Shown here: positions 28,125 through 40,086 of the stretch, piece by piece
Numbering within the stretch: position 1 is the stretch's first letter
How the letters are laid out: each line of letters opens with the position of its first letter
Notes under the pieces: generated by a model
The model's input: the letters and a program-made list of their open reading frames with translations, nothing else
The model's database searches: none
Told to the model about the DNA's origin: nothing
Origin: Chrysomallon squamiferum
Taxonomy: Eukaryota; Animalia; Mollusca
Assembly: GCA_012295275.1 (NCBI GenBank)
Contig: CM022671.1
Coordinates: forward strand, 23,436,001 to 23,500,000
Direction: 5' to 3'
DNA: 64,000 bases
Translations under genes and position numbers: made by a program

Positions 28125-29773
28125 TGCTCATGCATGCAAGAGAATAGAAACACAAATATATTAATGCAGGGGACTAAATCGCGATCATGTTAGTAATTAG
28201 ATATTTATGGAGTTAAGACCAGAAAATAAAGAGAAAAGTAAGAAGTGAAAAGAACCTGCGTAATAACATGTAATGGGTTTATCGTCTTATTAATACAGCT
28301 TTCTGAAACATGTCTTTAATTACCGCACGCACCATGTCATTAATATGTTTGAAACGTGAAACGTCTTGACCTGTAACAGCAACTGATATTAACATGTTTG
28401 TCTCACTGCGTAATTTATTTCGCAATTATTATCATTTTATCTTTTTAAAAGTTTAATTTCTCTCTTTTACAATAAAAAAAAAAAAAACAGAAACATTTTG
28501 ATAACATTTTTCTTTTTTCTTCGACCTCTTGTTAAAAATAAAATTGAAAGTTTGCTGTTTAAAAAAAAAAATCAATCGCAAAGGAAGGGTTCACACAAGT
28601 TGCTTGGTGGGAATTCACCTTTACTGATAAGTGCACACTTAAATAACTATCGGGTGACAGATATATACGATTTTCTCGTTTGACTGATAGCGCAGATACC
28701 ATTTCAACTATCAAATTACAGCACTTATCTGTGAACCCTGCACTCCTGTCAACTCGCTTTCTGCATTCATTTAAAAATAAAATTAAATAAATAAATAAGC
28801 ATCAAAATAGTCATCTAAAACAATAAACGTTGAAAGCAAGCAGATAGTGTCGTCAGAAATACATGAATGCACCCGCACAGCCTTTTGAATAGAATCCTAT
28901 CTAGGTCAGACCTCTTGGGCAAACTCGGATGTTACACATACTTGAAACTACTAAAACTTTGTATCCGCATACCAGCATTGGGACATAATTAACAGGATTT
29001 AAAATATATATATTTTGAAAACTTACATCAAAACAGGTCTGTTATCAGTGTATTAAGGTATACCACATACATTTTAAATTTAATTTTTTTAAATCAAATA
29101 TTTTCACTAAAGGTAATAAATATTCTTATTTTCTGCAAGGTTCACTAAGTTAACGAAGATATCCTTATGCAGTATTTTCAGTCATGAAGTCTTCACAAAT
29201 TAATTTAAGCGACACCTCAGCACACAGTGTCCACTAAACATCTGTTATAAGACAGATATTTGATTACCTTGACACATGTCGACAGAATATAATAAAGTAA
29301 AGCAGCTGATGCCATATTTTCATCGACCGACAGCAAGCAATCTTTTATACGTATTTTACCATTTTGTGAGTAAAATGCTCTATGTACATACAGGCCATGG
29401 TTTTTGCTAGTTTCGAGTCTTTTGCAGGACTTAATGCCCCAAGGGGCTTATCGAAGATGATCGATCATATGACGTTCATGTGTGTATGGTACAACAGCTT
29501 ATCCTGGGGCTATTTTATGATAAAACGATCAAATATACAAAACTCTCGAGCCAGTTTTGTTTTATTCGTTTCTGATGTAATCTTGTTGCTCAAATGCATA
29601 ATAGTTTGTGGGTGGTTCTGAAGGTAATCCAGACTGAAAAAGTATGAAACTGGGAAGGAAAGAAAGAAAGGGGATATTGAGAAAAACGCCGATAACATTG
29701 AGGGTCTCAGAAAAAAGATAAAGAGAAATAAGAGAAAGAAGAGATTAATGATAGCACGAAAGACAGAGAGGAG

Positions 29774-29898
<125 letters not shown>

Positions 29899-32342
29899 CA
29901 ATAATAAAGAAAACAGGAATTAATGTACGGTTTTTATCAGAGTTTGTTTTTTTTCACTGCTGTTCAAATTTAATTTTTCATGACGATGATGGTGTGCATT
30001 ATCATTTCCTGGTCATCTTTTGTGAATATTTTCAACCACAAAATGCGATTATCTTGTCACAATACATATCTCGACTGTTTTATTCGTCTACCATTCCGGT
30101 GGAATGCTGCACGTTTGCATCTTGCGTGTCTGCACAACATGTACAGATTCACGGTTAAATGCCACATTAATATTCTAATGTGTGTTTTTTATCGTACTTG
30201 ACGATTATCTGGCACATCAGCAAACCTGCCAAAAACGATATTCTCTTATATTTGTCTCCTAAATATCTGATAATACATTCTGCCTAGTAGGGAAGGAAAT
30301 GGATGATATTCTGATAATGGATGAAAGCTATCAGCCGCGTCATATTCAGATGAACAATGCTGTACCTCAGCTTATGACAGACGATTTCGACCAGCACAGC
30401 AAAAGCCACAGCTCGTAGAAACTATTTTTACTTCGAGGAAAACAGAGATATCTTACCTCTGCCGTTACGTGTGCATACTGGAGAGTCTGTATCATATTAT
30501 ATTTGTTATCAAACAATGAGACGTATTGTGGTGGATCGTTAGGAGCCCTGCTAACAGTTGGAACACAAAGGTTCCAAAGAGTTAAGCAAAATATGAAAAC
30601 AGTAGCTGAAAGAGATTTTATCATGAGATTTATAACAGGTTTCTTTATTGTGTGTGTGTGTGTCTCTCTCTCTCTTTGTATCTCGTTTTATTTCTCTCGA
30701 GAGAGAGACAGAGAACCTACCATACTGTCACTGTTCTTATTTTTGTCTCTTTCTTATTAAATAAATGCCTCTCGCAATCTCTTTCTTGTTTTTCTTTCTA
30801 TATCTCAGAAAATATATAAATTATTGGTAAATATTTATGATCATGGGAGCCCCTCTGTGCAAAGTAAGACAATCCTGATAAAACAGTTCATTTAAAAACG
30901 CCTCCGTGTTTATTTCCAGGTTCTCTATCAACCCACAGTGGTATATTTTATGGTATCAGAATATTCATGTTTTTAAAATTATCCCGAAACTCTGATAAAA
31001 GTTACATTCATCTTCTTCCAGCTTTCATACTGGTATTTCGTAAACAAAATGAAAACGTCATTAAGCTTGTAAATAAAATGACACTAAACAGCAATAACGA
31101 TAAACCTACATAGATATAGTAATAAAAGCTTGTAGATAAATAGTCGTAAAAATTTTAAACGAGTATATATTATGCATGTAAGCATGTTTTGTCTCTGTGT
31201 GTGTTCGCTTAACCATGTACCTTAACACGTACACACACACACACATTCACAGACATACACGTGCATACGGAGCATTATCGTATTCTCCCACAAGATGAAA
31301 CATGCACTTTCAGCTCGAGAAAAACATTCTTCGCACAAAAACGCATGTGTCGGTTTCCGGAGCACGGTTTGACGTTTCTTTCCGTAAAGACTTTTGGCAC
31401 GTAATCAAAAGAACACCCATTACCCACTCGACCAATGCTGACTTAATTACGCTTGTTTGTACTTGACAAACAAAGCCAATTAGAATAATTAGTCGACCCA
31501 GCGCTATGCGTATTTACAAAAATAATTAGTCCGTGCACAAACTGCGAGAACATTTCGCTAGAATGCAGCCACGTTACTTATTCATTTTCGTAAAGTGGAT
31601 TACCCCATGATAAATATGTTTGGAAGTCGGGGCGGTTCAAAAACGACCGCTGCAGGGGTGTCGGTAATATGGTAGACTTCTATCATTGCTTTTTTGGATC
31701 GTTTGTGAGAAAAAGGGATGTTTCAGCAGAGCTGAATTTTATTTACGGTCACGCCGTTCAACAAACGACATTTGAGGAATGAATTTAATAAATGTAACAA
31801 GTTGGCTTGCAGAAGTTAAACGAAGTTAAACTTACAGTCTTTTATCAGCCTACGTCATCAGAATTTTTTTTAATTTTTTTTTATATATGTATATTCGTCA
31901 TCTTTGCAAGGCATGACGGGTGAAAGCGATACCCTTCCCTTCCCAGGATCCTTAATAAATTCGATATGCCCCTGCGATAGAGATAAGATGGAATCTTTCT
32001 TGATGCAAGTAAAGCCAGATTCAGCTGAGAAATTGTTTGCGACTTTCCGTTTATTCACTGAAATATGTTATTTGCCATTAAATTCAATGGGAATGGTTTT
32101 TTTTTCAATAATAGGCGAAATGCAGCAAAATCAATATTCATGATGAAATTTTCATCATCATAATTAAAATAGTAAGAATAATAATAATATTCATGATAAT
32201 GATGATGATAAGATAAGATAATGACGGAAACAGGGTGAACGAAAATATTAACTTTTTTTTAATGGTATCTCGATACATAAATTAAATTTCAAATATTTAT
32301 TCTTGTTCTTTTTGGGGTTGGGGGTTCTTAGCAATATCAGAC

Positions 32343-32505
32343 AAGAAACTCGGTGCCTTTATTGCATGTGCTACTCTTTATAGTCCACAGCTGGGGATCT
32401 TTTATGTAGTTTTAACTTTTATTATGAGATCTTCACACAGACTTGCAATCACATACCACGGAATTTATTAAAGCAGTCGCGGAGCACTTGCTGGAACGGA
32501 ATATA
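32343..32505 (-). mobile_element. Ancient SINE relic, conserved central (Meta-type) domain
   Basis: Plus-strand blocks GCTACTCTTT, GGGATCTTTTAT, CACAGAC, CACATACCACGG, CAGTCGCGGAGCACT and GCTGGAACG occur in the order I recall for the reverse complement of the molluscan/metazoan SINE core. The family name is from memory, not from a database search. Confidence 0.65.
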
Positions 32506-33000
32506 TTCCAAAAGCGGCACTGGCGTACAAATGAAGTTAGAACAGAGATAGGTCTACAGGTTAAAACAAAAATAATAGTTTGCAATTAGTCTGAAGCTAT
32601 GTTTTCAATTACTTCATGTATTAAAATGTGTTAGCAACATTAAAAGGAAATGACCAAAGTCTTTTGGTGATTTTCTCTCAGTTTTGTTTACCCTGGCAGT
32701 GGAAAGTCGTTGCTTCCCTTGAAGAAGTTACGTAAAAGGAAAGGATTAAAGCGCTAGGATAACTTGCTTTATGTTACTAAAAGGCTTTGTGCACGTCTAC
32801 GTCAGAATGGTGATGGTTTGTAAATTCATTATATTCAGTGGTGTTAACGATGCGATTCGTTTCATCCTCGTTTGTTTGTTTGTTTGTTTGCGAGGGAAAA
32901 GTCCACAGGGATAGGCTGGGTGATAAAAACTGACAGAAAGGAAGACAAGAAAATGTGATTGGAGTAGAGTAAGCAAAACAGAGGAGAATATATTGGGGAT

Positions 33001-33121
<121 letters not shown>

Positions 33122-33378
33122 CAGTTTTAAAACATTGCATCATACACTTGAATCATAACAATTCATACTTATGGATGAACGAACAGGGAAGCTAATGTTA
33201 AGAGAACTCTTTAATCATTTTAAATAAAATGTCATACTGATATATATAAACAACAAATTTACAAACACACCACCATGTTCATTCATATATAAGTACACAT
33301 AAATTATAACGACAAAGATATGTTTATTAATATGTATACATATATTAATACTTGTATCTCTGTCGTATATAATTTATA

Positions 33379-33382
<4 letters not shown>

Positions 33383-33430
<48 letters not shown>

Positions 33431-33530
33431 TACATACATACATACATACATACATACATACATACATACATACATACATACATACATACATACATACATA
33501 CATACATACATACATACACACACACATACA
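33383..33530 (+). repeat. Compound (CA)n/(TACA)n microsatellite
   Basis: Directly visible, ~160 bp into intron 1. Confidence 0.97.
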
Positions 33531-33688
33531 AAGAAACATTCTAGCCGTTTTCTGATAACCGATAATACCGTCAGTTCGCGAATTCAAGACAGTACTGGCA
33601 TTTTTATGCAAAAACATATTTCATGGTTAAATAAATCAGATTGGTGTCTATGAGAGGTTGTATTGATTAGATATTATAATGTACTCAC

Positions 33689-33970
33689 CACACTTTTTGT
33701 ATACATTTCTTTCAAATGCCTATCAGGATCTGGAAACGCCTCTGAGTATCCCAAAAACAACACTAAAGACAGAAAAATGAGGATGAAAGACTGCGGCAAC
33801 AATTTCCATCTTTGAATCGATGTATATGAAGACTGACACCTTCTGGACGCAAAGTCTGAACAGCGGCTACTTCCATTCCCACAACAACACCTGGACACCA
33901 CCCTTTCATCGGGGTCAACGACGTCAACACATTCACCCATGAGAACAACCTCCGGGATTCTCGATTCCAT
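33689..33970 (-). CDS. Matrix metalloproteinase (Mmp2/MMP17-25-like), first coding exon: N-terminal extension, signal peptide and start of propeptide (94 codons)
   Basis: ATG at 33970 has strong context (AACATCATGG) and an in-frame TGA 48 nt upstream. The hydrophobic stretch LLPQSFILIFLSLVLFLGYSEA|FP has an S-x-A cleavage pattern. The exon ends ...EMYTKSV at a canonical GTGAGT donor in phase 0, matching the phase-0 acceptor of the MMP exon at 5864. The join reads KSV-EYLSKFGYL, a typical MMP propeptide start. Confidence 0.75.
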
Positions 33971-35100
33971 GATGTTTTCGTTATGTCTTATACACACACA
34001 CTTCGAGTTACTACTTCATTAAACAAGAAGAGAAACAAAAAAAACAAACACGCACAATAAATAAAAAAAATACAAACTAAAAATACAAATTCTAAGCTCT
34101 GGAATCGCTAAAGTTCACTTTCGTGTGTTCTACGTAAAAGTACATAACAACACTACACTCGGTTTCACAGTTTCTTATTATCAGACGTTCATGTCATGTT
34201 GCTAAGATGTTCTTCGCGTTCATAATAATCCCAAACGAGTACCAGTATTCACCTCCGCATGGCAGTTCATCAAAACGGCTCGATCTGGCGAAGGATCGTC
34301 TTACACACTAGAACATTCAAAGACTGGAACTGCCTCCAGAGTTCCCCGGCGTAGATTGGATTCTAAATATAGCCGTATACCAGTTTCTCGGCTCTACACT
34401 TATTGATGTGGGCCTTCGCTTGTATGACGAAGCGGCGCTATTATCACTGGGAGATCGCAGATGTTACAGCGCGAGCGGATACAGAATAACGTTCAGCTTT
34501 TCCTTCCATTAAGAGACAAGTTAAAAAAAAAAGACTGTGTGGCTTCCCTTTTTCATAATCTTGCGTGCCAGGTTTTGTTCGAACCTTCTTGATGCGAGAA
34601 AGCCTACGGACTTTTTACAACTCCAGCTGTTTTCCGACTGTAAATAAAGCAGACGACTTCCGGTCTGAAACAGAACGCCTGGTTTCCAGGTTGTGGCAGT
34701 TGACCGTTACGCGTACCAGTGTGTATTCGACCAGATGACGAAACTGAGGAATATCGCCAGTCAAACTGCCAGAAGAACGAATTTCCAGTTAACCCGTAAC
34801 CGAACGAGACGTTCGTCCTATGACGCGTGTGTATTATTTATCTCGACGAGCAGTGGACCGATATAAATATTAGTAGGTGAAAAACTCGGCTGTGTCGAAG
34901 TCCCCGGGAGTGTGTATTCACAGCGAGCGAGTTAGTTAAATTCAGCTAGTAGTTCAGGGCTTGCCGATCCTGTTTTATTAAGTATGTATATGGACTAACA
35001 GTTATGTTTCACACACAAACAAAACACACACACACAGAGACACATAAGAGGAGTGTTTTTCAAAGTGCTGGCTAAAGAACAGTGACTCATCTCTCCCATG
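33971..35100 (-). promoter_or_regulatory. Putative 5'UTR and proximal promoter of the MMP gene
   Basis: CpG-containing, microsatellite-poor region directly upstream of the ATG. It holds TATATTTAG (minus, 34371-34363), a perfect ETS site ACCGGAAGT (minus, 34664-34656) and AP-1 TGACTCA (35083-35089). ETS plus AP-1 is the established architecture of inducible MMP promoters. The TSS cannot be determined. Confidence 0.45.
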
Positions 35101-36918
35101 CTCAGTGCCAAATAGTCGATTCCACGTGGCGTCTGCTTGAAATTAATTATACCGATCTCCTACTGATATTGTTATTGTGTTTATTTTCGTTTCAGTTTAA
35201 GACAAAGAATTTGCAAACAGTTAATAAAAATAATAATATAACTCGTACACAGCCCGTCACGGATCACTGACTTGCGATCGCCCATTCCCGAGCATTCCTT
35301 AATTGGTCATGAATCACCCAAGTATATTGTAAAACACTGGCATCTGTTTAGTTTGAGTTCAATCGATCCGTCTCCATGGTGATTGTATTGTAATACTGTC
35401 TATTCATCAGAGTGACGGAATTAATCGCTTTCAGAACAGACACAATGGAGCGAATAATAATCTGGAATTCATTAAAATGTCCCCCCCACAGACAAACATA
35501 CACACTCATAGTGTTATAGCAATAAAGTACACTGAGTGATAAAATAGTTATAATAGGTTAAACTGGTTTTTGTTTTAAAAAATAGATAAAACATTATGAA
35601 ACAGAATTTTTTTTTAAATTAATGAAGGGATAAATGTGTATCTCTCTCTCTGTTTTTCATTCACTCACTCACTCCTTTTCCCCTCGAGTATAAATTTAAT
35701 TTCTGATGTACTTGTTATTACTATGCTTTTAACCCATCCATTAATAGTTTATAATTTAATATATCTATGGCAGTTATGAAGTTTATAGTTAAAATAAACA
35801 GTATATATCCTTAATGTTCTACATAATAAAAACGTGAAATTATTACATGCAAGAAACAGGATGTGTTCACACCACACGGCAATCTCCGAATAAAAATAAC
35901 TACAGAAAAACATGTCTCGAGGCCGTTTTATTAACGATCGGCAAATATCTGTTCAGGTATTCAATCTAAGGGAAAACGATAATAGATTTGAACTATAAAT
36001 CCAGGTTGTGAAAAATATCTACTCAGTTTGGGTTAATTCTATTAAAATCACGGGGGTAAAGAAACAATAACAAAAATACCCTAGTAAAACAATTGTAACT
36101 GAGGCTTCATAAGCCGTAAGTCATGTGAATTGTGTGCGTATGTGTGTGTGTGTGATTCATTAATTCTTTAATTCATCATTAAAAATTATTTATATATATA
36201 TATATATATTTATTTTTTTTTTTCTAATTAAGTATGTTGTGAATGCTAAGTGGGGTATGTTTGCATTGTGAATTTTTTTTTACATGTCACTCACAACCAT
36301 AACAATGACAATCAGCTCAGTTACAAAGTGCACGAACTGATAGATATACACACACTGCGATAAGAATGCAGACGTGTACACATTTGGTGTGAAGATAAAA
36401 CGACGCGGTTGTTGGTGAATGAAATCTCTTTGTTGTGTGCACCACCTGGAATTTCACGTTCTGTCTCGCTCGAGTGCGTCATCGTTAAATGAGGTCATTC
36501 GTACAATGGATGAATGAATCATCTTTCATAATTGAAAGTTGGTTGGTTACAATCCTGAATGACTGACTGACTTTTGTGTTCCGTTGTTAATCATTGAAAT
36601 AACACCAGGAAGTATCATGACAATGAAAGTATCATGACAAACAAATTTTTCAAATAAAATAGTAACAACAATAATAAATTAAAATAATAACAATTGAATA
36701 TTGATTTTAAACAGGGATTAAAAAAAAAAAAAAAAAAAAACAAGAACTTGCAGTGCTTGAAGATTTTTTCCCGTTCGCTAACAAAGGTCATTAACAAAAT
36801 AAAACAATAATATCTTTTAATTTTAGTCATATTAAATTCAATCAAATTGTAAATAATTAAAAAAATGAATAAACAGTTCAATTAATTTCCATTGGGAGGT
36901 TCCATTTGGATGTAAAGC

Positions 36919-36925
36919 ATTATTA

Positions 36926-36986
<61 letters not shown>

Positions 36987-37126
36987 TATTATTATCATTA
37001 TTATTATTATTATTATCACATTATTATTATTATCATTACTATTATTATCATAATCATCATCATCATCATCATCATCATCATTATTATTATTATTATTATC
37101 ATAATCATCATCATCATCATTATTAT
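36919..37126 (+). repeat. Compound (ATT)n/(ATC)n trinucleotide array
   Basis: Directly visible. Confidence 0.95.
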
Positions 37127-37626
37127 CCAGAAAAAAAAAAAAATAACAATAACAAAAAGCACAACAAGAATCGTACACTAAATTTTGACTTGTCTAAATC
37201 TTATCCATTCGCTGACTTTGTTTTGACGATGTTTTTACGATAAGGCTCCATTTCCAGTGGAAAAAAGCTTTTGTTTAATGCTACAGTTGGCGAATTGTGC
37301 TGAATCGTCTATATGCAAAAGTCATCTAGTTCGGGTCACGATGCTGAACAAAAATCTCAGTTTTCAAGATTTTAGCTTCAACCGGCGAAGCAGTGTTAGG
37401 AACTGGCATATTTGGATGCAGTATTGAAACTCCACTGCCTGTATTTAATTTTCACGAGTGTTTTTAATTAATTCTTGTAATATTAACTAATAAGTTAAGG
37501 AAAGGAATTAATGGGAAGAGAACAGAAAGAGAAAGAACGTTGACTATTAAGAAAAAATGACTTAAAGAATATTGCAAAAACATTTTTTGGCGATGGGGAT
37601 TATTGTTGTTGTTGTGTTACTGCTGC

Positions 37627-37690
<64 letters not shown>

Positions 37691-38448
37691 TAACTGAATA
37701 ATAAGAAACAACGGAGTGAGATTACATCTGAACAAAATTCCAAAAGTCTTCCAAGGTCGTGGCCTCCAGCGACAGTTCACGTTTTTATTCTATTTTTTTT
37801 TTTTTTTTTTTTTTTTATAAAATTACTCAGAACCTCTGAGCATGTCACGGTGTGGTATGGCAATAAGAAAAAATAAGTAAATAAAATAAGTCATTTGAAA
37901 TATTACTGCACATATCATTTTTCACTTTATTCCACAAACCAGAAATTTTATATGTAACTGATGCTTCTTTTCATCCGACCATTCATTCTTCATAACATGC
38001 CAGTCTCCGTTGCTGTTCACAAGACAACTGCCTGCTCAAACCCCGGGGGGGAACAGAAGGTAAACAAAAGATCAACCCGAAAAGCCCAACTCTTTATCAC
38101 GTGACACCAAACGAATGCGCGCGAACTCGACAACCCGCCGTCTGCACTGGTTACAAAGACACTGGATTTATTTTCACAGTTGGGAATACAGGTAAAATTT
38201 CGTCTTGCACATTTCTGGCAGTCTCTGCTTCACAGATTCATCGTGGATACATTTATTTTCTCAGTGCGACCTCCGACTCGCTCGTACATTAAGTTAGGTA
38301 CAAAAATGAACGCGCAAATATCGAGCAGGTCGCGGAATGCAGGCTTTTGTAAAACGACTGGTGCAGATATTTGGGATCCAAATGAATTCTTTATTGGCTC
38401 AATATGCTTTCCTGTTTATCTAGTCTTTTATTTTTTATTTATTTATTA

Positions 38449-38490
<42 letters not shown>

Positions 38491-38492
38491 TA

Positions 38493-38551
<59 letters not shown>

Positions 38552-40069
38552 TTAAACAAATATATTTAAAATTTCATTTTCATTCTGTCCATTCTTAGTC
38601 TGTGAATGAATATATTTGGTGCGATGGAAAAAGAAAATGAAATGAAACATGAATAATCAAAATCTGTATTAATTTTCAAAATTTGTAATTAACAAATATA
38701 CACTTAGTGCTATATGCAGATTTTCAACATCAAATTAGTGCTGACCTAGATCTTCTTGTTTGTAAACTACCATTAGTGAAAAATTATCTGCATTTTTTTT
38801 TATTTTTTTTTTTTATTATTTTTATTATTATTATTATTTTTTTTTTTTTTTTTTTTTGATCTTCATAAAATAAGAACTGCTTCAGTTAAAATGTTTACAG
38901 TATTTGGCAGAATGATTTATAACCAAACATAAAACCCTGACCCGCATATCAATCTTCTCTAGATATTACATTATTAGTATATTAATTTTTATCTCAGGTT
39001 AAACATTAGAGCCAGGAGAAATATTGACATGATACGATACGGAATTTACAGTGCAGGTGACCAAGAACAATAGATAAATATTTACAACGTCTTCCAAAAA
39101 GCCTTATTTCGAAAAGAAAGCTGACGCTATTTTGTTTAAATTTCCGAACGAGCGGATCCACTAAACCAGCTACGTGAATATTCGACAATTTACGTCAAGT
39201 GTAAAGAAATGAAGTCTTACATCCAGTGCTTTTAATGTAAACCGGAAATTTCGCTGCCCTACTTTTCTTCGGTTTGACGTCTTCCGGTTCTTAATTCCAC
39301 TGACATACATTGCCATTTGTCGAAACGGTAGATCTCGAGCAGTTTGGCAGGTTTGTCTGTTATTGCAGCTGCTATTTACATGCAAAAGACTTGTAAAGAG
39401 AAATAATAAGTTTGGGTTGAAAGAAAAGAAAAAAGTGAAAAAGTGTAACAGATAAGATTCGTTATTATATTTACTTAAGAATCAAAAAAAAAAACCCAGA
39501 AATGTTTGGTAAATAATTTCACGCCCGTTCAAATAAGTGATTTTCATAGACTAAATATCTGCTATTTCAGTTGTTTCAAAAAATAAACTATTAGTGCTGT
39601 TGTTTTTGTTTTGAGGCAATTTGAATAAAATAATGATCGTACGTCTGGCAAGAAACGAACGTGGCTGACACCAATATGTCACGTTGGCGCAAATCGCCCA
39701 GTAATTGATCTTCTAACCGTTTAACATCAAAACTGCATTAAACAATAGTTAAAACATCTAACAATAAAACTATTTAAAGTAGTATCTCATCTCTTTATCC
39801 TTTTTATATTTAGACTGGACCCCATTGCTCCCAGACAACTGCATTCCCCAAAATAGTTACACTGCAAAATAATAACCAAGGACAATAATAATCACGGTTA
39901 TAGAGTATAGGGCCTACGTATATCACTTCATAAGCTCTGCCAACCATAATTATAACAGACTGCCGTATGTTGATCTGTCATGGACACCCCATCTGCTGTT
40001 CTGACATCTAAGAATTTCGGCAAATAATCAGAAGAATGTTTAGTCTGCAAATTTCTGCGAGATGTCCGG

Positions 40070-40086
40070 TGACCTTAAAGTGACCT
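40070..40086 (-). promoter_or_regulatory. Perfect DR5 nuclear-receptor element (AGGTCA-n5-AGGTCA)
   Basis: The plus strand reads TGACCT-TAAAG-TGACCT, ~6.1 kb upstream of the MMP ATG. The sequence match is exact; function is untested. Confidence 0.4.
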
